Of a stretch of 64,000 bases of DNA, positions 8,863-17,102 are shown in pieces; positions within the stretch are counted from its first letter, which is position 1; every line of letters begins with the position of its first letter. The DNA comes from a virus (Duplodnaviria; Caudoviricetes): IMG/VR virus record IMGVR_UViG_3300038335_000014, positions 32,001 through 96,000 of that record. The stretch is one strand, 5' to 3'. Made by a program: the position numbers and the translations under genes. The notes beneath the pieces were generated by a model. The model was given only the letters and a program-made list of their open reading frames with translations. It had not been told where the DNA came from and ran no database searches.

Positions 8863-9363
8863 ATGGATAAACAACCGGTATTCAAATTTCATGTTCTCTC
8901 GCTTGGTGCATCAAACCAGCAGTTAGGTGAGAGTAATAACTATATCAATCGCCCATTTTTACAAATCGACGAGCTTCGTAAAAAGTGGGGAGATGAATAT
9001 ATAGTTCTTAATTCGCCGCTTGGTGACTTTGATAAACCTAAGACATACCTTGGTTGTATTGATCTTGATAAAAAGAATCGCAAATATTTAAAGCTTTTCA
9101 AAGAACTGGACTTCCCGATTGAGAACCCGGATTACTTTGTTTTGAATATTTGCTTCTCTGGTAGCAAGATTGATAAGGTACAGGACTTCTTTAAACACGA
9201 CGATGAATCATTTTCATGCATCCTTTCATCTGCCTACAACAAGGAAGGTGAAGTTTATACAACTGATATGCTTGTCATCTGCAAAGATGGTGATGGAATC
9301 GTTGTTGATGGTGTAATGCACTTCTTTAACAAAGAAATCGGCACGTTTGAAGAAGATAATTAA
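8863..9363 (+). CDS. hypothetical protein
   Basis: ORF track 8821-9363; ATG at 8863 follows the previous stop. Confidence 0.6.
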   Translation: MDKQPVFKFHVLSLGASNQQLGESNNYINRPFLQIDELRKKWGDEYIVLNSPLGDFDKPKTYLGCIDLDKKNRKYLKLFKELDFPIENPDYFVLNICFSGSKIDKVQDFFKHDDESFSCILSSAYNKEGEVYTTDMLVICKDGDGIVVDGVMHFFNKEIGTFEEDN

Positions 9364-9373
9364 CTGACTTGTT

Positions 9374-9406
9374 AAGAGAGGGAGCCTTAAAAACTCCCTC
9401 TCTTTT
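9374..9406 (+). terminator. intrinsic terminator
   Basis: AAGAGAGGGAG/CTCCCTCTCTT stem plus T-tract. Confidence 0.75.
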
Positions 9407-9429
9407 ATAAATTAAAGGAATAAATTAAC

Positions 9430-9720
9430 ATGTGGTACCCAACAGGCGCAACAACAGAAGCGACTAATTATGTTGGTAATTCGACTTGGGTTGGTGTTGT
9501 CCGAATTGATCCAGTGCCAGAATCGCCCCCAGATTGGCGAAATATAAAGAAGATAGATAAAGAGGCCAAGCGGATTAAAACGATTGAAGGTATCAAGACT
9601 TCAAAAAGATTACATTCGAAAACACCAGTGTTTAAAGTGTTTGATAGACGATTTTCTAAACCATACAAGAGGGAACCAAGAATGACACAACAATTTGCCA
9701 TGAGACAGGTGATTCTATGA
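9430..9720 (+). CDS. hypothetical basic protein
   Basis: AAGGA RBS, ATGA coupling to the MTase. Confidence 0.55.
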   Translation: MWYPTGATTEATNYVGNSTWVGVVRIDPVPESPPDWRNIKKIDKEAKRIKTIEGIKTSKRLHSKTPVFKVFDRRFSKPYKREPRMTQQFAMRQVIL

Positions 9721-10409
9721 TTAAGTTGATGAAAGGTGATTGCCTTGTAAGAATGAAAGAGATTCCAGATAAAAGTGTTGATTGCGTGATAGCAGATCCA
9801 CCATATATTATGACAAAACGTGGCAAAAGTTGTAGCCCAAACTGGATGCCTGATAATATGGGCGAAAATGTTTTTGATGGTGATATCCCGAATTTTTACG
9901 ATTGGCTTTTTTTGTGTTATCAAAAATTAAAAAACGATTCACATATTTATATATTCACAAATACCGTTTCATTACAAAGAATTTTGAATGATGCTACCGC
10001 CATTGGTTTTAAGTTACATAACATAATAACAATGATAAAAGATACAAACATGCCAAATCGGTGGTATTTAAAGTGTTGTGAATTAGTTTTATTTATGAGA
10101 AAGGGATTGGCATATCCGATCAATGATATGACTTCAAAAGATTGGTTACATGTTGTAATGCCAAAACAAAAAGATGGAAAGTTACATGTAACACAAAAGC
10201 CAGTTAAGCCTGTTAGAATGTTTGTACATAATTCAACACCATTGAATGGTATAATCCTTGACCCATTCATGGGTTCTGGTACTACAGGTATAGCTTGTTT
10301 AAATACTGGTAGGAATTTTATTGGTATTGAAAAAGATGATAACTATTTCTCAATAGCAAAAAATCGTATTTTAACACGTTATAATGAACTTCAAAGAGGC
10401 ATTAAATGA
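9717..10409 (+). CDS. DNA N6-A/N4-C methyltransferase (beta class)
   Basis: DPPY catalytic motif, HVTQKP, DPFMGSGTT SAM-binding motif. Confidence 0.92.
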   Translation: MIKLMKGDCLVRMKEIPDKSVDCVIADPPYIMTKRGKSCSPNWMPDNMGENVFDGDIPNFYDWLFLCYQKLKNDSHIYIFTNTVSLQRILNDATAIGFKLHNIITMIKDTNMPNRWYLKCCELVLFMRKGLAYPINDMTSKDWLHVVMPKQKDGKLHVTQKPVKPVRMFVHNSTPLNGIILDPFMGSGTTGIACLNTGRNFIGIEKDDNYFSIAKNRILTRYNELQRGIK

Positions 10410-11404
10410 GCGTTGTCCATGCTATTTTTGAGAAGTTACAAATTGAATACGTCGAACATAAAAACGGTGAAGAACTGAGGTTCAGATGTATCAACCCAAA
10501 ACACAGCGATTCAAGCCCTTCTGCTGATATCAACACATTAACAGGTGCTTGGCTTTGCCGTTCATGTGGTTTCAAAGGTAATCTTGAACGCCTTATTAAA
10601 GTTGTTTCTGGTGAAGATGTTGACCTTTCACAATACGTCTCACTTGATGAGGAATTTAGATTCAAGGTACAAAACATCTACAAACAAAGCCTCAAAGGGA
10701 TTTCCCGCTATGATGACATCGTTCAGTTCGATGATACAATGGGAACCGAACTGAAGAATTTTAAACCGGCTATGGAATGTGAGGAAGCTGTTAAATATCT
10801 GACCGGTGTAAAGCGTAAGCTTACAGAAGAAACTATCACAAATCATAAACTCCATTATTCATCTGATGGTGATTATAAAAACAGGGTTATCATTCCATAC
10901 TTCAAGAATGGAAAGTTGATCGGATTTAACAGTCGATTTATTTATGATGGTAATAAGAAGTTCAGATACATGTATTTCTTATCTCATTCACAGTTTGAGG
11001 ACTATGTTTACAACTTGGAAAATGTTGTAGATAATGATTATTGTATTCTTGTAGAAGGCCCATTTGATCTTATGATTCTCAGACAACTTGGATATAAAAA
11101 TGTAATAAGCACATTATCAACAAGGGTCAGTGAAAAACATTTACAACATATCATTTCATTTAAGAAGATAATTTTCTGTTTCGATGATGATAAAGAGTCT
11201 AAAGCTGGACAGAAAGCCGTTATAAATGCTTCCAATCTGATTCTGGAAATCTCACCCACGAAACAGCTTTACTACTGCAAATTGCCTGAAGGGAAAGACC
11301 CTACAGAGGCCAGCGAAGATGAGTTGAAATCAGCGTTTAATAAACTGATAAGGATTAAAAAGAAGGAGGTACACACCATAGGGTGGGTTTTAACAAATGA
11401 TTAA
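10406..11404 (+). CDS. DNA primase (CHC2 Zn finger + TOPRIM)
   Basis: C..PKH.D..PS...CRSCG, RVIIP, LVEGPFD, FDDD...G, KDP motifs. Confidence 0.9.
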   Translation: MSVVHAIFEKLQIEYVEHKNGEELRFRCINPKHSDSSPSADINTLTGAWLCRSCGFKGNLERLIKVVSGEDVDLSQYVSLDEEFRFKVQNIYKQSLKGISRYDDIVQFDDTMGTELKNFKPAMECEEAVKYLTGVKRKLTEETITNHKLHYSSDGDYKNRVIIPYFKNGKLIGFNSRFIYDGNKKFRYMYFLSHSQFEDYVYNLENVVDNDYCILVEGPFDLMILRQLGYKNVISTLSTRVSEKHLQHIISFKKIIFCFDDDKESKAGQKAVINASNLILEISPTKQLYYCKLPEGKDPTEASEDELKSAFNKLIRIKKKEVHTIGWVLTND

Positions 11405-12379
11405 ACTATTAAAAGGCGATTGTCTTGTAAGAATGAAAGAAATCCCAGATAATTCAATTGATTTAATTTTAACAGACCCACCCTATGGTTAGTTAGCACA
11501 ACTGCATGTAAATGGGATTCTATTATTCCACTGGAACCAATGTGGGAGCAGTTGAAGCGCATTATTAAACCGAACGGGGCGATTGTTATGACAGCTTCAC
11601 AGCCGTTTACAAGTGCGCTGATAATGAGTAATGCAAAGATGTTTAAATATGAGTGGGTATGGGAGAAAAGCACCGTTACTGGATTCCAAAGAAGCAATTA
11701 TCAACCACTAAAAAATACTGAAAATATTTGCGTATTTTACCCAACTGAGTTTATAAATGACATGCGAAGCGGGTCAAAAGAAGGAGAAATCAAGGGGAAG
11801 ATGAAAAAAGCGTTTCGCGGTTCTGGATTAACAACAAAAGAACTCAATGCCTTGTGTGGTTTTGAAGCATCTGGGTATTTGAGAACATCGTCGAGTTGGT
11901 CGAACGTATTGCCGAACGGGGAAAAGCGTTTGATTTTAGAAAATGTTTTGAAGATTAAAATAGAAGAAATTACAGAAAAAAAAGAAATTACATTTAACCC
12001 ACAAGGAATAGTTCTATGCAACAAAAAAAATAAAAGAGGGAGGGTCGGCGAGAATTGGGCAGAGATGAAGTCAAATGAATATAACCAAGAGTTTACAAAT
12101 TACCCAAGACATTTATTATATTTCAAAAGTGAAACTGGTCTACACCCAACTCAAAAACCCGTAGTCCTGATGGAATACCTGATTAAAACTTACACCAACG
12201 AAGGCGAGATTGTGCTAGATTTCACAATGGGTTCTGGTACTACAGGAATAGCTTGTTTAAATACAAAAAGAAATTTCATCGGTATTGAAAAAGATGATAA
12301 ATATTTCTCAATAGCGAAAGATCGGATAACAAAACATTACAATGAACTGAAAAAGAAATCTTTGTTTTTAAAAGCGTAA
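11397..12379 (+). pseudogene. beta-class DNA methyltransferase with an 8-nt frame break right after DPPYG
   Basis: Frame 1 reads MIKLLKGDCL...TDPPYG then TAG; the -1 frame continues TTACKWDSIIPLEPMWEQ...HPTQKP...DFTMGSGTT. Confidence 0.8.
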
Positions 12380-12410
12380 TATATTTTAATTAGAAAAAGG
12401 ATAAATAAAC

Positions 12411-12734
12411 ATGAGCACAACGACTTTTAGACCAATCACGATTTACAACTTGGAAAACCAAAGACCAAATAAGCGACCATTTATAAGAATTGGTGCTGGC
12501 CCTGTTTGTATGAATGGTATGCGCGGAACTACAAGTGGAACAGCTTTTAACATAAACGAGGCTAGAGAGATAATTGATATTTATGAATCTACAAGGAATC
12601 CAAGAATCCGTTTTGCGGATATGGATGATATTACATTGAGTAAAGAAGATATAGAAGATTTAAAATTCTTTGTTTTCTTTATGAAAAACTTTGAATATAA
12701 ACCTAACCTTACAGGGGTGAAGCCCCTGAGTTAA
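12411..12734 (+). CDS. hypothetical protein
   Basis: AAGGA RBS, last plus-strand gene of the block. Confidence 0.55.
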   Translation: MSTTTFRPITIYNLENQRPNKRPFIRIGAGPVCMNGMRGTTSGTAFNINEAREIIDIYESTRNPRIRFADMDDITLSKEDIEDLKFFVFFMKNFEYKPNLTGVKPLS

Positions 12735-12747
12735 AAACAGGGGCTTC
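12712..12747. terminator. hairpin at the convergence of the plus and minus gene blocks
   Basis: GAAGCCCCTG/CAGGGGCTTC 10-bp stem; a second CAGGGG at 12712 allows an alternative stem. Confidence 0.6.
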
Positions 12748-12791
12748 GTGGTGAGAGAGGCACATCAATTTTTTGGAGGCATGATTGTTAA

Positions 12792-12820
12792 AGGTTAACA
12801 CAAGCCAAACAACATGTCAA
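12792..12820 (-). promoter_or_regulatory. sigma70-type promoter downstream of the last lysis gene
   Basis: Minus strand TTGACA-17 nt-TAACCT with TG. Confidence 0.55.
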
Positions 12821-12826
12821 CTAAAA

Positions 12827-13234
12827 TTATCTACCAGCAATTAAGGCCGCGCCAACAATGATTGTGAAGAGAATTGTTTTTGCTTTATCTCTGCGTCTTA
12901 ATTGTTTTAATGATCGTTTCGCACTCGTTAATGATTTTGATTGCTCCGTCAACATCTTCTGTTGATTTCCCAATTTCAATAGAAACGTGTTCGATTCGTT
13001 CTCGGCTTTTACTAATTTCAGTTCTGACTGTTGTAATTCCTGCGCTGTGACTTGCAACATCTGCCTGTAACTGTCTAGTTTCTGACGCAAGTTCGTTATT
13101 ATTTCTTTCAAGCTTGTCAAGTTCTGACTCAAGCTTGCCACTTGTGCCCCGGTAATAGTATATGATTCCCGCGCAAATAATGGAAATGAGCAGGATAACG
13201 ACAATAATACCAATAATATTATTACTCGTTTCAT
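12827..13234 (-). CDS. spanin-like protein (signal/lipoprotein N-terminus, coiled coil, C-terminal hydrophobic helix)
   Basis: MKRVIILLVLLSLSC; heptad-rich middle; KTILFTIIVGAALIAG; ATGA-coupled to the holin. Confidence 0.6.
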   Translation of the reverse strand: MKRVIILLVLLSLSCSFPLFARESYTITGAQVASLSQNLTSLKEIITNLRQKLDSYRQMLQVTAQELQQSELKLVKAENESNTFLLKLGNQQKMLTEQSKSLTSAKRSLKQLRRRDKAKTILFTIIVGAALIAGR

Positions 13235-13238
13235 TCAC
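12885..13238 (-). CDS. inner-membrane spanin-like protein overlapping the previous ORF in another frame
   Basis: GTG at 13238 six nt after GGAG; N-terminal TM (IIGIIVVILLISIICAGIIYYY) plus coiled coil. Confidence 0.55.
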   Translation of the reverse strand: MNETSNNIIGIIVVILLISIICAGIIYYYRGTSGKLESELDKLERNNNELASETRQLQADVASHSAGITTVRTEISKSRERIEHVSIEIGKSTEDVDGAIKIINECETIIKTIKTQR

Positions 13239-13506
13239 AGGTAACTCCGGTTTCAACGACAGCAGATGCCGCAGTGGTGTATGAACGAACATTCAACCAC
13301 TTATCAACAACTCTCATACTTGAACTTGAGGCGGCAGAAAGGATTGCGAAAAGCTCATAATTGAATTTTTCTGGATTGTAAATAGCAGTCCAAATTGAAA
13401 TAAAAATGAACAGACCATAACCGATGAATGACATCAGCTTTGTGCTACTTACAATCCCATCATTACCAAGAAACATACCAAAAATAGATTTGAAAAAAGC
13501 CCTCAT
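13231..13506 (-). CDS. putative holin
   Basis: 91 aa, hydrophobic segments, between amidase and spanin-like genes, GAGGAG RBS. Confidence 0.65.
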   Translation of the reverse strand: MRAFFKSIFGMFLGNDGIVSSTKLMSFIGYGLFIFISIWTAIYNPEKFNYELFAILSAASSSSMRVVDKWLNVRSYTTAASAVVETGVTCE

Positions 13507-13509
13507 AAT

Positions 13510-14049
13510 TCACTCCTCGAAATTCCAGTTTCGTAACTTCATTATGTTAATCAGATTGCTCAGGTTGTGGCCCGGACAAAGTGTTAATTCATAATCTCTG
13601 TGGTTTTTTATACATTTTGGTATATTCAAGTGTTTGTACTTTTCTTTAATATATCTTAACAAAAGGATAAATGATTTCAATGATCGTTTATCAACCTGTT
13701 CTACATTATAGTTTCCATAGAACATAATTGCAATCGTTGTGTTATCATAACTCTTACAATGACAACCAGCAGTTCCTAGAGGACGACCTTCATAAACAGT
13801 TCCATCCTGACAAATGATAAAATGATATTTTATATCATTTAAACCAAGTTTCTTAATGTGTTTGTTCTGTAAATAAAGGATTGAGTCTGGGCCTTTATAG
13901 TATTTAGAAGTGATCGTCCTTGGTCTACCAACTTCCATACCATAATGATGAATAACAATTCGTTCAGGAAAGATGTTTATATAAGGAAATTTTGGAGTAA
14001 TCGCACCCCATTCTGCACGTTTTATTATTCGAAAAGCAGAGGAAGTCAT
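13510..14049 (-). CDS. N-acetylmuramoyl-L-alanine amidase (PGRP/Amidase_2)
   Basis: IIKRAEWGA, IVIHH, DIKYHFII..DG.VYEGR, HC, HRD...TLCPG. Confidence 0.9.
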   Translation of the reverse strand: MTSSAFRIIKRAEWGAITPKFPYINIFPERIVIHHYGMEVGRPRTITSKYYKGPDSILYLQNKHIKKLGLNDIKYHFIICQDGTVYEGRPLGTAGCHCKSYDNTTIAIMFYGNYNVEQVDKRSLKSFILLLRYIKEKYKHLNIPKCIKNHRDYELTLCPGHNLSNLINIMKLRNWNFEE

Positions 14050-15065
14050 TTTGTAAAGAACCTTTTATAGAAGTCGATTGATCTCTGTAATGATGTTGTT
14101 TCTTTTGAGAACTTATCGTTTTCAAAGATTTCAACATATTTTTCATGTGTGTAATCTGTTAATGGAATAACAGGAATGTCTAGTTCTTCTCCAGCGATTG
14201 CCCGTGTATCTACACGAACAAGAACAACTTTACCACCAATTCCATGAATAGGTAAACCAAAATGAAGTCTTGTTGTAACACAATATTCAACGTGTTTATA
14301 GTAATCAATTATATCCATCGCATTATCGACATGTACTATATGATTACCAAACCATTCTTTGAGATGTGATAGATCGCTTTTCTTAACCTGTGCAAAGTAT
14401 AAACACGGCTTACCTGTTTTTAATTCCAGATATTCCTTTGTCTTTTTAAACTCTTCTACCAATCTATCTCGATCTTCTCTATGTTCAAAGTATGCAGCAG
14501 TTAAACAGATGGCGTTGATTGTATTATCTGTTTTTTCAACTCCACGAAATCTACAAGCAAATGTACCAGAACATGGTAGCAGTGTAGATTCTACATTCTG
14601 GCTATCAAGGAATGCCTGTGCCATTTTATCGCGAGTTGTAATAAGTTTTGTATGTAATAGACTTTTTTGTAAAACCATTTTTGTCAGTTCTGATTTATTC
14701 AAATGATCTGAAAATTCTTGTGGTGTCCAAAATTCAGATGGATAACCACCACCACCGGCAAGTCTTAGAATTGGAACGTTCAATTCATTTAGATCGTCCC
14801 ATATTTCATCGTCATAATACAACTTCCAATCGTCAAGATTATTATACTGTGGCATACCACCATAGATAATGAAATCACATGATTTCATGGTGTTTAAATC
14901 TTGTTGTGAAAGTTTTGAAAACCGACTTATCAAATGCCATTCTATGCGTTCTGGCTTCAGTGCTTCGTTTAAAATGTGCTGCAAACCAAACCGGATAAAA
15001 ACATCACCGATGTTAATGTGGCCGGTGTAGTCTTGAATTAAATTTGTCAGAATGGCAATTTTCAT
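14046..15065 (-). CDS. polysaccharide pyruvyl transferase family protein
   Basis: NIGD, IYGG, ITTRD, TTRLH motifs; probable start MKIAIL at 15065 (track gives 15104). Confidence 0.75.
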   Translation of the reverse strand: MKIAILTNLIQDYTGHINIGDVFIRFGLQHILNEALKPERIEWHLISRFSKLSQQDLNTMKSCDFIIYGGMPQYNNLDDWKLYYDDEIWDDLNELNVPILRLAGGGGYPSEFWTPQEFSDHLNKSELTKMVLQKSLLHTKLITTRDKMAQAFLDSQNVESTLLPCSGTFACRFRGVEKTDNTINAICLTAAYFEHREDRDRLVEEFKKTKEYLELKTGKPCLYFAQVKKSDLSHLKEWFGNHIVHVDNAMDIIDYYKHVEYCVTTRLHFGLPIHGIGGKVVLVRVDTRAIAGEELDIPVIPLTDYTHEKYVEIFENDKFSKETTSLQRSIDFYKRFFTK

Positions 15066-15081
15066 TCGATGTCTACTCCAA

Positions 15082-15612
15082 TTAGAAATTTGTTTTAAGT
15101 TCACCAGTTACAAACAAGTGAGCCTCGGATTTACGTCTTCGTACAAGACCAGCAAGAACCTTCCCGCCGCCTTTATTCCATCTAAGGAACTGTGCAGGAA
15201 CTTCATCATATTTCCCTTGATTCAAGAGCTTTAATAGTGTAGAAGATGCAAATGCACCAGCACCAACATTGAAAGTGAATGATACAAGTGCATCAAATTG
15301 GTTCTGTGAAAGCGGCACTTTAACATGTTTAGTTACAACATCTTCAAATTTCGCCATATCCTTTTTCAAAAGAGTCTCAGCATCAAAATCACTTATTGTC
15401 ATACCCTGTGGTGTTGGTTTACCAAGAGTTGGGCCAGTATGTCCATAACCAATAGTCCACACATTAGCAGGGCACAGATAACCCTTGTTATGCTTTCCTT
15501 CAAATGCTTTAATAAGCTGTAATCCAACATCGCTGATATGTGGAGGAATTTGCAACCCATGAGATACAGCCGGTTTAACTTCATCAGTGTAACCACATTT
15601 AGGACATTTCAT
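15082..15612 (-). CDS. lysozyme (GH24) endolysin
   Basis: GLQLIKAFEG, YLCPANVWTIGYGHT, QNQFDALVSFTFNVG, GLVRRRKSE; N-terminal CPKCG. Confidence 0.92.
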   Translation of the reverse strand: MKCPKCGYTDEVKPAVSHGLQIPPHISDVGLQLIKAFEGKHNKGYLCPANVWTIGYGHTGPTLGKPTPQGMTISDFDAETLLKKDMAKFEDVVTKHVKVPLSQNQFDALVSFTFNVGAGAFASSTLLKLLNQGKYDEVPAQFLRWNKGGGKVLAGLVRRRKSEAHLFVTGELKTNF

Positions 15613-15764
15613 TTCTTTACTCCTTTTAACAACATATCAAGAATGATTTCGTCCCAAGCATCGGCTATTTCTTTCGCCTGTTTTGAGAAGTCAAGTCCAC
15701 GATCTGCGAATAATGTATCATCTGTCAACTTTTTTAATTTGACACTTGGTTCAACGTATTCCAT
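15609..15764 (-). CDS. small hypothetical protein (51 aa, not in track)
   Basis: MEYVEPSVKL...KGVKK; AAGGA RBS; ATGA-coupled to the lysozyme. Confidence 0.5.
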   Translation of the reverse strand: MEYVEPSVKLKKLTDDTLFADRGLDFSKQAKEIADAWDEIILDMLLKGVKK

Positions 15765-15768
15765 TCAT

Positions 15769-16020
15769 TTAATCCTTGTTATACACAGTGTAACATTGTC
15801 CACATTTGAGAACACCATTTCCAAGATCAAACAATTCGACATTTTCACATGTTAGATTACCACAATAACATATTCCGTCTATCTTTAACAACCTTGGGGT
15901 TTTTCTTTTTTCTATTTGTGGTGGTTCAACGTCCTTATTACTACCAGATTTATAGTCACCATACGCCATTTCTGTCAGATTCTTGTGTTTCTTACGAATC
16001 TCATGTGGTCGTTTTGTCAT
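15769..16020 (-). CDS. small Zn-ribbon protein
   Basis: CYCG...C...CGQC. Confidence 0.5.
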   Translation of the reverse strand: MTKRPHEIRKKHKNLTEMAYGDYKSGSNKDVEPPQIEKRKTPRLLKIDGICYCGNLTCENVELFDLGNGVLKCGQCYTVYNKD

Positions 16021-16040
16021 GCAGACGAACCTGCTTTCAA

Positions 16041-16415
16041 TTATTTAGGAATTGGAATACCAAAAAAATAAGCAAATATCATGATAACCAGAACAACAAT
16101 ACCTTTAATTATATCTGGTTTGACACCGAGTACCAATGAGCTTGTTTCATTTGTTTCTTTATTTTTATCTTCTATTAATTTATGGGAGATGCAGTTATTT
16201 TTTATACCATTTACGCTTACTGAAAGACTTTCAAGGGTCTTGTTTAAATTATCGAATTCTTTGGAATTCATATCTTTTATGTCTTTTACTTTTTCAACAA
16301 GGTTGCTGATAACAACTTTCTGCTCAGCTTGTGTTTCTATCATCTTTACAAACTGTTCATCAAACCGAAAGTTATTTTTTTGTTGTTCGTCGTTGTAGCC
16401 CATATTATCACTCAC
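16041..16415 (-). CDS. coiled-coil protein with C-terminal TM helix (holin/antiholin-like)
   Basis: Hydrophobic C-terminus IVVLVIMIFAYFFGIP; upstream of the lysozyme. Confidence 0.5.
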   Translation of the reverse strand: MSDNMGYNDEQQKNNFRFDEQFVKMIETQAEQKVVISNLVEKVKDIKDMNSKEFDNLNKTLESLSVSVNGIKNNCISHKLIEDKNKETNETSSLVLGVKPDIIKGIVVLVIMIFAYFFGIPIPK

Positions 16416-16999
16416 TTTCTAAAAGAACTTTTAATTTTTTCAACAACGTTTATTATAAATGCGTACAACTTCGAATACCAAGGATTTGAATCCGTGTGTT
16501 CACCAACACCTATTGTATAAACACATTGTGGTGTGGCGTTTATTAACATATCTTCAAATTCTGAGAATGAAAATTTACGTAAAGTACCATCACCCCACCA
16601 AACAATTACATGTCTTGATTTTATCTGAATGCTGTGCAGAATACACCAATGTTGTTTTAATAACCCAAACAAGCTTTTAATGAGTTTTGGTAAATTTGGA
16701 GTATCATGGACTAATATAATCGTTCTATTATTTGGCAGTTTACCTGAAAAAAGTTGTTCTTTGATTGGCTTAATAAGATTATAGTTTAGATTAAATTCAG
16801 GGTAAGCTTTTGCATATTCATTTATAACACGTTCATGTTCAGCAGGATTATCATCTAAATCATTGTCATCATATTCCATAATCGTTTTAAGGTGGTTATA
16901 GACTTCATCATATGGTTTACCAAGAATATCCGCAACAACCCACGCCATCGCGGTTAATCCACAATCTTTTTTGGTTTTCATTAATGGAGCTGTTTGCAT
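16412..16999 (-). CDS. peptidase C39-like (papain-fold) protein
   Basis: DCGLTAMA nucleophile context, HWCIL, downstream GD. Confidence 0.5.
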   Translation of the reverse strand: MQTAPLMKTKKDCGLTAMAWVVADILGKPYDEVYNHLKTIMEYDDNDLDDNPAEHERVINEYAKAYPEFNLNYNLIKPIKEQLFSGKLPNNRTIILVHDTPNLPKLIKSLFGLLKQHWCILHSIQIKSRHVIVWWGDGTLRKFSFSEFEDMLINATPQCVYTIGVGEHTDSNPWYSKLYAFIINVVEKIKSSFRK

Positions 17000-17010
17000 A
17001 ACATTCGCCT

Positions 17011-17072
17011 AAAATAATTGATTTACCCACATCTTTCATTATACATGAAATTGCAGGTAAATCAATTATTTT
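17011..17072 (-). promoter_or_regulatory. perfect 17-bp inverted repeat enclosing a promoter
   Basis: AAAATAATTGATTTACC/GGTAAATCAATTATTTT; minus strand TTGATT-16 nt-TATAAT. Confidence 0.6.
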
Positions 17073-17102
17073 TTCTGTTTAAATGAAGTTTCTGGAAATG
17101 TA

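Noticed and set aside
2875-11492. Genome-wide stop-codon reassignment (TAA at 2875, TAG after DPPYG)
   Set aside because: Long genes are intact in the standard code, all three stops end genes, and the TAG case also needs a frame change.
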